From an uncultured Gammaproteobacteria bacterium (GTDB lineage Bacteria > Patescibacteriota > Patescibacteriia > Magasanikbacterales > GWA2-37-8), in contig CAYIJG010000003.1 in assembly GCA_964363685.1 (NCBI GenBank), positions 1-35,185 on the forward strand: a stretch of 35,185 bases of DNA. Reading direction: 5' to 3'. Numbering within the stretch: position 1 is the first letter of the stretch; every line of letters begins with the position of its first letter. Position numbers and translations under genes: made by a program. A model generated the notes under the pieces. The model saw only the letters and a program-made list of their open reading frames with translations. It was not told the origin of the DNA and did no database searches. This document shows, piece after piece, positions 19,267 to 25,993 of this stretch.

Positions 19267-19554
19267 TTATGATATTTTTCGTATCTTTCCATTATTTAAA
19301 ATTGTTTTTCTAAGAACATAGCTATCTGGTTTAACTAGAGGCACATCTAAACGTACTGAGAAACCAGAGATTTTAGGATCCGAACGACCTGAGTACTTTT
19401 CTTCAATTACCCCTCTATGCTTAACACCGTCTTCTTCAAATTCGATTCTATCCCCTACTTCTAAATTAGATTCTCCTCCCACCTCAACTATTTCTCCAGT
19501 AAAACCTTCAAGCTCATCAGTAGGGATTCCTGATCCTTTAAATTCTCTAGGCAT
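19267..19554 (-). CDS. hypothetical small acidic protein (host-like low G+C)
   Basis: 95-aa ORF bounded by repeats R2 and R3. EVGDRIEFEEDGVKHRGVIEE resembles small SH3/KOW-like beta-barrel proteins (weak). Confidence 0.55.
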   Translation of the reverse strand: MPREFKGSGIPTDELEGFTGEIVEVGGESNLEVGDRIEFEEDGVKHRGVIEEKYSGRSDPKISGFSVRLDVPLVKPDSYVLRKTILNNGKIRKIS

Positions 19555-19667
19555 AATAAAATATGGGTACCCTAATAAAATTAGCCAATAAAACTATCTA
19601 CTTAATCAAAAGCATAGTTTAATTGTATCAGAAGTTCTAAAGTCTCGTAAAGCCCAACTGTCCGATG

Positions 19668-19696
19668 TGGCTCCACTGCCTAGACGACATTAGAAC
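19668..19696 (+). repeat. R repeat copy 3, divergent (TGGCTCCACTGCCTAGACGACATTAGAAC)
   Basis: Keeps both conserved boxes (TGGCTCC and GACGAC.TTAGAAC) but has a different central 9 nt. Same orientation as the other copies. Confidence 0.65.
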
Positions 19697-19737
19697 CGAT
19701 TTTATTTACAATAGGTCTGATATAAACTTTATTATTT

Positions 19738-19808
19738 AAAAAACAAAAACTCCGTTCGCCCTGATCTATCTCCAATTACTTAGAAACAAATCAGGTGGTG
19801 CGAACGGA
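19738..19808 (-). terminator. long-loop hairpin terminator module downstream of the GC-rich ORF (T module, island 1)
   Basis: Minus-strand CTCCGTTCGC-(ACCAC)-CTGAT-24 nt AT-rich loop-ATCAG-G-GCGAACGGAG followed by TTTTTGTTTTTT. Confidence 0.6.
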
Positions 19809-19858
19809 GTCTCGCACCACCGCCCCCGTGCATTGACGCGCGAGGAGCGTGGTGTCCG

Positions 19859-20191
19859 CTAGTCCGGCTGATCCGAACGTTCCACGCCTTCGCGCGAACG
19901 CCACTGGATCAGGTCGAACCGACGCTTGAACTCGGCGCAGGCCACGATCGCAGGACCCCGGTGACCGAGGCCGATGCGGACGTGACGCATGACGTTGCCA
20001 GTGCCGTCGAACTCGTGGCACGGCTCCATCCGGCAGTCCTGACCGCCGCTGCCGTTGCCATCGGTCGACATCAGCACGTTGCTGGAGGTACCGTCATCGT
20101 GGAACAGAACGGCCTCCTTCTTGCCAGTGTCTCCGTCGGTTGCGCCGGTGATCATGAGGTGATCACCATCTCGAGCAATTGCCTCTGCCAT
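19859..20191 (-). CDS. foreign high-G+C ORF A, hypothetical 110-aa protein
   Basis: ATG preceded by a purine-rich GGGGGGAAGGA. Third codon positions are mostly G/C in this frame (read by eye). Own upstream promoter and downstream terminator. No family recognised. Confidence 0.6.
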   Translation of the reverse strand: MAEAIARDGDHLMITGATDGDTGKKEAVLFHDDGTSSNVLMSTDGNGSGGQDCRMEPCHEFDGTGNVMRHVRIGLGHRGPAIVACAEFKRRFDLIQWRSREGVERSDQPD

Positions 20192-20284
20192 TGTCTTGTC
20201 TCGATCCTTCCCCCCGGTTTCCCAGGAAAATGAATAACAATCGCGTTATTACCCCTTTTCCGGTGAAAATTATTTCAATAAAAA

Positions 20285-20313
20285 ATATTACCAAATTTTA
20301 GGCAATTTGTCAA
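20285..20313 (-). promoter_or_regulatory. sigma70-type promoter for ORF A (TTGACA-17-TAATAT)
   Basis: Minus-strand TTGACA at 20313-20308 and TAATAT at 20290-20285, within the AT-rich spacer between two GC-rich blocks. Confidence 0.6.
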
Positions 20314-20361
20314 TGCCTTAAATCGAGATCTGCATACAACCTATTAATGCAAGCGTCTATA

Positions 20362-20390
20362 TTGACAAAGGAGCCTTTCTGTGATAATCT
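20362..20390 (+). promoter_or_regulatory. sigma70-type promoter for ORF B (TTGACA, TGtGATAAT extended -10)
   Basis: TTGACA at 20362-20367. GATAAT at 20383-20388 is preceded by TGT. Divergent from the ORF A promoter. Confidence 0.55.
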
Positions 20391-20577
20391 AGTTTGTTAT
20401 TAGAGTTGTTTTTTGTTACTAATTTATGACAAAAATCCTTAATAGCATGTACCTTACAATAAACATGTGATCTATTGAGTGCCAGGAAATTAAGAAAGTT
20501 TGCCTAAGCAAGTATTTTTAATTCCCTGGTTCTCTCTCAACCTCAACCCCTCAACACCCTGGCCAAAGGAGCCTCTC

Positions 20578-21054
20578 ATGAGCGAGTTCGTATTGGCGAT
20601 TCCCGTGGCGCTGGTCATCCTCTTCTTGATCTGGAAGATCTGGCGGTACCTCAACCGACGCCTCGAAGAAGCCTTCGTGGAATGGTCCAATACTACCGGA
20701 CAGATGAAGTGGAAGGTGATCGCCATCTTCAGCCAGATCATCCTCCTGTTGCTGGTGCTCGCGATCGTCCCCGGTATTGCGTTGTTCGGGGGCGGGTGGA
20801 AGAGTGTCGGCGACTTCGTCCATTACAAGAATGGCGACGTCGGCATGCTCATCTACGGCCACTGGAACCTCTCACCGGCGATGGCGAACTACTACCTCAT
20901 GGGCGACGTCGTCCTGGGACTACCGCTTCTGATGATAGTGTTCTCAGTCATCGTCGAACCGGCGATGTTCCTCGCAGGCGGGTACAGGTACTTCCCATTC
21001 GTCGGGCCCTTCGGTCGATGGGTGGCGCCACCCTCGAGGAGGCGGTCACGGTAG
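20578..21054 (+). CDS. foreign high-G+C ORF B, hypothetical 158-aa membrane protein
   Basis: Start chosen at the ATG 6 nt after AAGGAG (20566-20571). About 4 hydrophobic helices and strongly G/C-biased third positions. The track ORF from 20500 includes AT-rich leader. Confidence 0.65.
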   Translation: MSEFVLAIPVALVILFLIWKIWRYLNRRLEEAFVEWSNTTGQMKWKVIAIFSQIILLLLVLAIVPGIALFGGGWKSVGDFVHYKNGDVGMLIYGHWNLSPAMANYYLMGDVVLGLPLLMIVFSVIVEPAMFLAGGYRYFPFVGPFGRWVAPPSRRRSR

Positions 21055-21206
21055 TTGCTACTGATCAAGCCCTTCGGGGCAAGATCCATGAGCGGCTCGG
21101 ACGCAACGCGCGACCGACCACCGCTCAGACCCACACCATCCGAGCCGCTTACGCTACCTAATAATTAATTTGTTATGTTGCGTAAGCTCAGATGAGAATT
21201 AAATTT

Positions 21207-21238
21207 AAAAAAGCCTTTTCAAAAGAAGGGCTTTTTTA
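21207..21238 (+). terminator. rho-independent terminator after ORF B
   Basis: AGCCTTT-CAAAA-GAAGGGCT hairpin (with G-T pairs) followed by TTTTTT. Confidence 0.6.
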
Positions 21239-21256
21239 GTTGAAGGATTTTTGATA

Positions 21257-21284
21257 TGCTCCGTTTGTGGAACGACGTTAGAAC
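21257..21284 (+). repeat. R repeat copy 4 (T-GCTCCGTTTGTGGAACGACGTTAGAAC)
   Basis: 28 nt, one base shorter at the 5' box. Sits between the ORF B terminator and the ORF C terminator. Confidence 0.75.
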
Positions 21285-21324
21285 TTTTTATAACTACAAA
21301 ACAATATAGTTTCGTTAGTGAGTT

Positions 21325-21366
21325 TAAAAAAACACCTTACTGTTTTAAAGTAAAGTGTTTTTTATT
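21325..21366. terminator. bidirectional hairpin terminator downstream of ORF C
   Basis: AACACCTTACT-GTTTTAA-AGTAAAGTGTT stem flanked by an A-run and a T-run. Confidence 0.6.
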
Positions 21367-21472
21367 TTTATATATCGAGATCTCCACTGCTATATTTATT
21401 TGCAATCATATAAACATAGCAGCTAGGAAGACCTCGAGAGATCGCCCCGCCGCGCGGTTTCACTAACGACTA

Positions 21473-21856
21473 TTAACGACTGTAGATAGAGTTGTGGAAA
21501 CCCGTGTCGTTGTTCTCACGGATTGGTGTGAAAACGTAGGCAGGTGCGAGTGCCTCCGGGGGACACTGACGAAAGAAGTCGTCTTCACATCCCCTAAATT
21601 CCTGCCACGGCGGAAAATCACTGACAGAGATAGAGCCAGGGGTGCGCGGATGTCCAAGACAGCCGTTACGGACATGTCCTTCGAGGATCTTGAGCAGATT
21701 CCCCATCACCGTTCCAAAGAGCTCGGGCGAAGTGAAGTGAACCTCTCCATCGAAATCGTCAGGAAACTGAATTCTGTTGAAGCGGAGGTCTGTCAGTATT
21801 GGCTCTAGATGCCACCGGTGTGCTGCCTGACATGGCGCTGTAGGAGTCGCCACCAC
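21473..21856 (-). CDS. foreign GC-rich ORF C2 (second reading frame; possible 3' part of a frameshifted gene)
   Basis: 127 codons open after a TAG, with only a GTG start. Protein-like translation (LTDLRFNRIQFPDDFDGEVHFTSPELFG...). Overlaps ORF C1 by 98 nt in another frame. Confidence 0.45.
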   Translation of the reverse strand: MVATPTAPCQAAHRWHLEPILTDLRFNRIQFPDDFDGEVHFTSPELFGTVMGNLLKILEGHVRNGCLGHPRTPGSISVSDFPPWQEFRGCEDDFFRQCPPEALAPAYVFTPIRENNDTGFHNSIYSR

Positions 21857-22277
21857 GCTCTAGACAGCCGTCAGCGCTAAGACCGCGGGAAATGTGGGGG
21901 AAGGGATCTGTCCATCCCAAACCAGCGAGCATGCCCACATTGATCCTGAACTCCCAGTAGGCATTCGTCTCGAGCTCAAACTCTTTCCGTTGAGAAGAGC
22001 GGCCAGACGGTGATCTGGTGATCGTTTCTACGTAGCGAGGATGGAGCAGGAGCGCCATCCCAGGAACGCCGAAGAAGAGGGTGGTGATCCGGAGAAGCGC
22101 CAGATTGGCCACGTCGTTGTCGGGCAGCATCATGACGGTCCGGCGGACGGCGTGGTAGATCGAATCAATCGAAGCACTACCGAGGAAACGCAGAGTACCA
22201 ATGGCCGTGGCCGCCTTCACACATTCATCGAAGTAGCGGTCGGGAGTCGGGATATGAGCAAGCGGCCGATTAAGCAT
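21759..22277 (-). CDS. foreign GC-rich ORF C1, hypothetical protein
   Basis: Start set at the ATG (22277) preceded by AAGGGG. The track start at 22334 lies in AT-rich leader. 172 codons; no family recognised. Confidence 0.55.
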   Translation of the reverse strand: MLNRPLAHIPTPDRYFDECVKAATAIGTLRFLGSASIDSIYHAVRRTVMMLPDNDVANLALLRITTLFFGVPGMALLLHPRYVETITRSPSGRSSQRKEFELETNAYWEFRINVGMLAGLGWTDPFPHISRGLSADGCLERGGDSYSAMSGSTPVASRANTDRPPLQQNSVS

Positions 22278-22394
22278 GTGTAACCCCTTGTTATCCGTTT
22301 GGTCAAGTAAAAAAGAGCCGACTAACCGTATCATAAGTTTTTTATAAAGTCAAGATTGTGTCGTGCAGAAATTAATACTCGTAAAATGTACGCA

Positions 22395-22425
22395 TAAAAA
22401 ATAACCGCTTGGTTAAGCGATTATT
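22395..22425 (-). terminator. rho-independent terminator of tRNA-Asn
   Basis: Minus-strand AATAATCGCTT-AACC-AAGCGGTTATT followed by TTTTT, 9 nt after the tRNA 3' end. Confidence 0.7.
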
Positions 22426-22433
22426 TTTCTAAG

Positions 22434-22505
22434 CTCCCAGGGTCGGATTCGAACCGACGACCAACTCGTTAACAGCGAGCTGCGCTACCGCTGCGCTACC
22501 TGGGA
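22434..22505 (-). tRNA. tRNA-Asn (anticodon GTT)
   Basis: 72-nt cloverleaf read by hand. Acceptor stem TCCCAGG/CCTGGGA and D arm GCGC-AGCGGTA-GCGC. Anticodon arm GCTCG-CTGTTAA-CGAGT and T arm GTCGG-TTCGAAT-CCGAC. Discriminator G; CCA not encoded. Confidence 0.9.
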
Positions 22506-22525
22506 ATGTTTATTTTCCTCTGCGC

Positions 22526-22545
22526 CCTGCCTGCCGGTAGGCAGG
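22526..22545. repeat. 20-nt palindromic element CCTGCCT-GCCGGT-AGGCAGG
   Basis: Perfect 7-bp stem in the tRNA-Asn leader. The same stem, with the loop in reverse-complement form, occurs at 32980-32999. Confidence 0.7.
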
Positions 22546-22567
22546 TACTTGGGAATAAAGCTACAAT

Positions 22568-22596
22568 AATATAATATTTTTTCCGGATTTTGTCAA
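22568..22596 (-). promoter_or_regulatory. sigma70-type promoter of tRNA-Asn (TTGACA-17-TATATT)
   Basis: Minus-strand TTGACA at 22596-22591 and TATATT at 22573-22568, about 60 nt upstream of the mature tRNA 5' end. Confidence 0.6.
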
Positions 22597-22643
22597 TAAA
22601 AGCCAACCGCTTTCCTGTACTACTACTCCTATTTTCAAAAGGA

Positions 22644-24623
22644 CTAATCAAGAACGAACCTATCAAGCAAATTCTTGATATCATCATATCTAAAAGATTT
22701 CCTACCTTCATTTACTAAATCAAAGTCTGCTCCCGGTGTAGAAATATCGTTTTTTTCCATTACCACCACATCAACCAAGACCTCACCGTCTCTTACTTCA
22801 AAAATTGCGGGTAGTCTGGATAATTTTTCACTAACCTCCTGCTGTTTCCCTTGTTTCAACGAATTAGTTAGTTTTCTGGCAATAGCCTCTATATTTTTGA
22901 TTATATCTGTACCTGCTTCTGCTTTCTTGATAGCGCGCAAATGGGCTTCTGTTTTTTGACGATTATCACTGCCTTCCATTACATGCTTTTCACTTTCAGA
23001 AATCCTTGTTTCAATCACACGAGAATTCGTAGCTCTTTTTAAAGCAAGCAACAGATTTTGCACCTGTTCAGATTTGATTTTACCCACACCATCCCCAATT
23101 TCAAAAGCCAGGGTAAGCTCATCACCACCAACATGAGCAGTAAATAAATTATCCTTCCCTTGCAATCCAAACTCTCCGCAAACCGACTGTACGCTCTTCC
23201 AAAAAGCTCTTAATTTTCTTGTGGTTTCATCTCCCGCAGACAAAGAAGCCTCTTTAAAGCTATTAAATTTTTTGTCAGCGCCCTCTATTCCCGCAATATT
23301 TTGCAGAACTGTTTCATATTCCAACAACAAATCTACACCAAGATCTTTTACATCCATACTTATATAAACGGCATTTTTCATCCCAATCGCTCGCCTATCA
23401 AATTCCATTTTAGAAGTAAAATTTTTAGCTCGTTCATCTGAGTATAGCTCTTGTGCCAAACTTGCTCTTTCTGAATCTTCCAACTCACTACCATTTCTCA
23501 TCTTATCGCCAAGTATTTTTGATTTTATAGCTCTTTGCTCAACCTCATCAATCTCTTCTTTTACAAAAGGCTTTATAACATCTAAAATATTCAATTTCTT
23601 AATGTAGACTATTATCTTATCCAAAAGAGGCTGCTGACTTGAATCAACTTTAATTTTTCCTTTGCGGACATCTCTCAGTAAATCTCTATTTAAAATATAT
23701 GTCTGCTTGGCACCCTCTTTTGGAGTAGGTAAAAAAATATTCCAACTATTTCCACTTTTATCAACCAAAGTATTGCCATCTTTAATCATCTCTTCCCTTA
23801 AGCTATTTATTGACTTAACATCCTCTAGAACTTGATCTTGATTAAATTCAGAACCATACTTTCCTTCTCCCGTGGTTCTTCTAGACAAAAGTCCCGCCTG
23901 CAAAGAACTGCCTAAAGCTAACATTTTTTCTTCAGCTGAATTTCCATTCACGGTGGCTATGCCATAATTAACTCTAAAGCCCCCCTTGCCATGATTTTCA
24001 GGAAGTTCACCATTTAAAGCAGTGCGGAAATTTTTTAATTTTTCTAAATTACCCCCCACCACTTTACCATTAATCAGACCGTCGACCATAGTTAGGATAA
24101 AATCCTTCATCTGCCGATCAACATCTTGCATTACAGTATCTATGTCTTCAAGATTTATCGCGGAATCTTTTGGAATTCTATAAATTTCTGTTTTATAGTC
24201 AGACTGTAAAAGTTCAATTTTTTGTTCATCTTCCTTGCCTTCGTTAATTTGCGCAATCTTGATGCGCAACACGTCTCTTCTTTTGTGAATTATTTCGTTG
24301 GTCTTGGTTGGACCAAAAATCTCATCATTTAGATACTTAATAGCTAAAAAATTTGCGCCCGGACTAATAAAACTCACAACCCTATCCCCTTTTTCCAATT
24401 TTGTAAAAACTTTACCCCACTGTCTTCTTTCAGACATACCAGCCAACTTAGCCTTTTCCTTATTATCTATTTCATTATTTTCCACAAAATTATCAAGGGC
24501 CATAACAACTCCTATCTCACGATAAGATCTCTCAACAATATCATCATCAAAATTCTCTTCTTCCAAATCCGGTTTTTTATGATCTATACCGAGAATTGTA
24601 GGGTCACGAAATCTTTCACTCAT
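22644..24623 (-). CDS. large hypothetical protein with degenerate GGDEF/palm-like motifs
   Basis: 659-aa ORF. Residues about 417-545 read VYISMDVKDLG...AGDETTRKL...TAHVGGDELTLAFE, laid out like a GGDEF nucleotide-cyclase domain. A weaker similar layout occurs at residues about 80-228. Confidence 0.7.
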   Translation of the reverse strand: MSERFRDPTILGIDHKKPDLEEENFDDDIVERSYREIGVVMALDNFVENNEIDNKEKAKLAGMSERRQWGKVFTKLEKGDRVVSFISPGANFLAIKYLNDEIFGPTKTNEIIHKRRDVLRIKIAQINEGKEDEQKIELLQSDYKTEIYRIPKDSAINLEDIDTVMQDVDRQMKDFILTMVDGLINGKVVGGNLEKLKNFRTALNGELPENHGKGGFRVNYGIATVNGNSAEEKMLALGSSLQAGLLSRRTTGEGKYGSEFNQDQVLEDVKSINSLREEMIKDGNTLVDKSGNSWNIFLPTPKEGAKQTYILNRDLLRDVRKGKIKVDSSQQPLLDKIIVYIKKLNILDVIKPFVKEEIDEVEQRAIKSKILGDKMRNGSELEDSERASLAQELYSDERAKNFTSKMEFDRRAIGMKNAVYISMDVKDLGVDLLLEYETVLQNIAGIEGADKKFNSFKEASLSAGDETTRKLRAFWKSVQSVCGEFGLQGKDNLFTAHVGGDELTLAFEIGDGVGKIKSEQVQNLLLALKRATNSRVIETRISESEKHVMEGSDNRQKTEAHLRAIKKAEAGTDIIKNIEAIARKLTNSLKQGKQQEVSEKLSRLPAIFEVRDGEVLVDVVVMEKNDISTPGADFDLVNEGRKSFRYDDIKNLLDRFVLD

Positions 24624-24630
24624 ATTATTT

Positions 24631-25962
24631 TTACATCAATTGGTAATTCTTAGCCGGTTCTTTGACGCCTTTAAATACCACATCCATAATATTTTTTACC
24701 CCAAACTGACGACCGTCAAGAAAACCGCCCATCGCTGCTTCCGCCAACCAACCGCTATCTACCCAATCAAACAGCCACTCATGGACATACTTGGGATTGT
24801 TTTGAGAGATGCCAGCACCGACAGTCTTGAGCCAGGTGCGGTTGTAGACCTCCTGCGCGCCCACAGACGGCGCCATAATGAGCGGGATGCCCAATCCACT
24901 ATAAAATACCAATTCACTCGGCTTGGTCCATAAGACGTCGGTAGTTTTGAGCAACTCGTTAAACTTGGTAAAATAATCTTCTTTGTCTAGTTCAAACAAA
25001 ATATTAATGCTTTTACCTAACAACTTCTTCAGACCAAGCTTGTCAATTTGCTCCTGAAAATACAAATAAACATCATTGCGCGTACCGGCCACAAGATTCA
25101 AAATCATTTCTTCCTTCAGCAATTTTTTCTTCAAGCTAGACAAAATATCTTTGGCCATAACCTTTTGAGCGCCAGCTCCACCGACAGCAAAGGTAAGAGT
25201 CAGAGGATGATGAACATGCGGGGCGCCTTCTTCATCAACACTTTTTAAAAATTTAGCCATTGTCTCAGCGTATTTTTGCCTATATCTTCTTTGCGGATCA
25301 AGACTGTGAATTCTAGATATTAAGTCCAATTTTAAAGTACCCAAGTCAGCTCCGCCCAAATTTTCTTCAGGCAATGGAAAGCCAGTTAAAAATATATTTT
25401 CATCTTTTACTCCATAAAGCTTAAGCCTGTCTACCACCCGTCGACAGGGCGCCAAGTATTTGATACGACTAGTGGATGGATGAAGCGCTACCCACGCGCG
25501 ACTAATATCAGTATCGCAGATTACCAAATAAATTTCATTTTTGAATTTATGCTCCTCAGCCATAAAAGCCACCGAAAAAAAGGTGGTGATAAGTGGAATA
25601 TCTTGAGAGTTTAAAAAATTAACCAGGTCTTTACCCCAATCTTTTTTGATTAGGCTATGCATTCCCCGCAGTTGCAGACTAGGGCGAGATAAATCTCGGC
25701 GCGGATAAAAGGCTTTGATACTTTGAAATTTGTCATATAGATTAAAAAGGGTTGTGCCAATTAGAGGAATATTTATCAGACGAGAAACAAAAGTATAAAA
25801 AACTTCGGAATTATGCCAAACATGATAATCTTGAGGCGGGATACCTTGATAGTTGTTGGCAATAATAACTTTGCCGGTTGGCGATAAATGACGCAAAGGA
25901 TAGGCGGCGCGCTGATGGCCATAGCCCATATCTACGGCGACTATCCAGGCCTTATTGTCCAT
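24631..25962 (-). CDS. GT-B fold glycosyltransferase (MGDG-synthase/GT28-like, tentative)
   Basis: 443-aa ORF. N-terminal VAVDMGYGHQRAA (G-x-GH motif) and central FAVGGAGAQ. Family placement is by motif only. Confidence 0.55.
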   Translation of the reverse strand: MDNKAWIVAVDMGYGHQRAAYPLRHLSPTGKVIIANNYQGIPPQDYHVWHNSEVFYTFVSRLINIPLIGTTLFNLYDKFQSIKAFYPRRDLSRPSLQLRGMHSLIKKDWGKDLVNFLNSQDIPLITTFFSVAFMAEEHKFKNEIYLVICDTDISRAWVALHPSTSRIKYLAPCRRVVDRLKLYGVKDENIFLTGFPLPEENLGGADLGTLKLDLISRIHSLDPQRRYRQKYAETMAKFLKSVDEEGAPHVHHPLTLTFAVGGAGAQKVMAKDILSSLKKKLLKEEMILNLVAGTRNDVYLYFQEQIDKLGLKKLLGKSINILFELDKEDYFTKFNELLKTTDVLWTKPSELVFYSGLGIPLIMAPSVGAQEVYNRTWLKTVGAGISQNNPKYVHEWLFDWVDSGWLAEAAMGGFLDGRQFGVKNIMDVVFKGVKEPAKNYQLM

Positions 25963-25993
25963 AAATTCTAAAACCTAAATTATAAATACTAAA

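Noticed and set aside
19791-21161. Track ORFs 19791-20021 (-), 19961-20233 (+), 20551-20862 (-), the 5' part of 20682-21161 (+) and 20892-21134 (-).
   Set aside because: All are overlapping alternative frames of GC-rich ORFs A and B. They lack start context and give low-complexity R/P/G/A-rich products, so they are artefacts of high G+C.
14505-21284. A classical integron or CALIN, with R repeats or T hairpins acting as attC sites.
   Set aside because: No intI gene is present. R repeats are 29 nt with no internal R''-L''/L'-R' palindrome. T hairpins lack the RYYYAAC/GTTRRRY cores. The cassettes carry their own promoters, unlike typical integron cassettes. Only an architectural analogy remains.
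20322-21383. The 10-bp direct repeat ATCGAGATCT (20322-20331 and 21374-21383) flanking the ORF B unit as a possible target-site duplication.
   Set aside because: A single 10-mer match within a roughly 2.6-kb region is expected by chance at about this frequency, and there are no adjacent inverted repeats. It is noted only as a coincidence to recheck if more cassettes are found.
21463-22283. Track ORFs 21463-21675 (-), 21494-21808 (+) and 22041-22283 (+).
   Set aside because: They are antisense or off-frame to ORFs C1/C2, with no promoter or SD context.
19795-22300. The GC-rich blocks as large structured non-coding RNAs (the GC-rich-intergenic-region logic used for OLE/GOLLD/ROOL-type RNAs in AT-rich genomes).
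   Set aside because: The blocks show codon-like periodicity with G/C at third positions. They also have SD plus ATG starts, hydrophobic-helix patterns (ORF B) and ordinary protein-like translations in one frame. Coding is the simpler reading.
14505-22505. R repeats as duplicated 3' ends of tRNA-Asn (att sites of a tRNA-integrating island) or as tRNA fragments. The reverse complement of R1-R3 ends in GGAGCCA; R4 ends GGAGCA.
   Set aside because: By-eye alignment with the tRNA-Asn 3' half (GGTCGTCGGTTCGAATCCGACCCTGGGAG) shows no convincing match. The repeat cannot be folded into a T arm plus acceptor stem.
22496-22711. Track ORF of 71 aa overlapping the tRNA-Asn 5' end, leader palindrome and promoter.
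   Set aside because: It spans non-coding regulatory DNA and the 3' end of the 659-aa gene, and contains the palindromic repeat. It is spurious.
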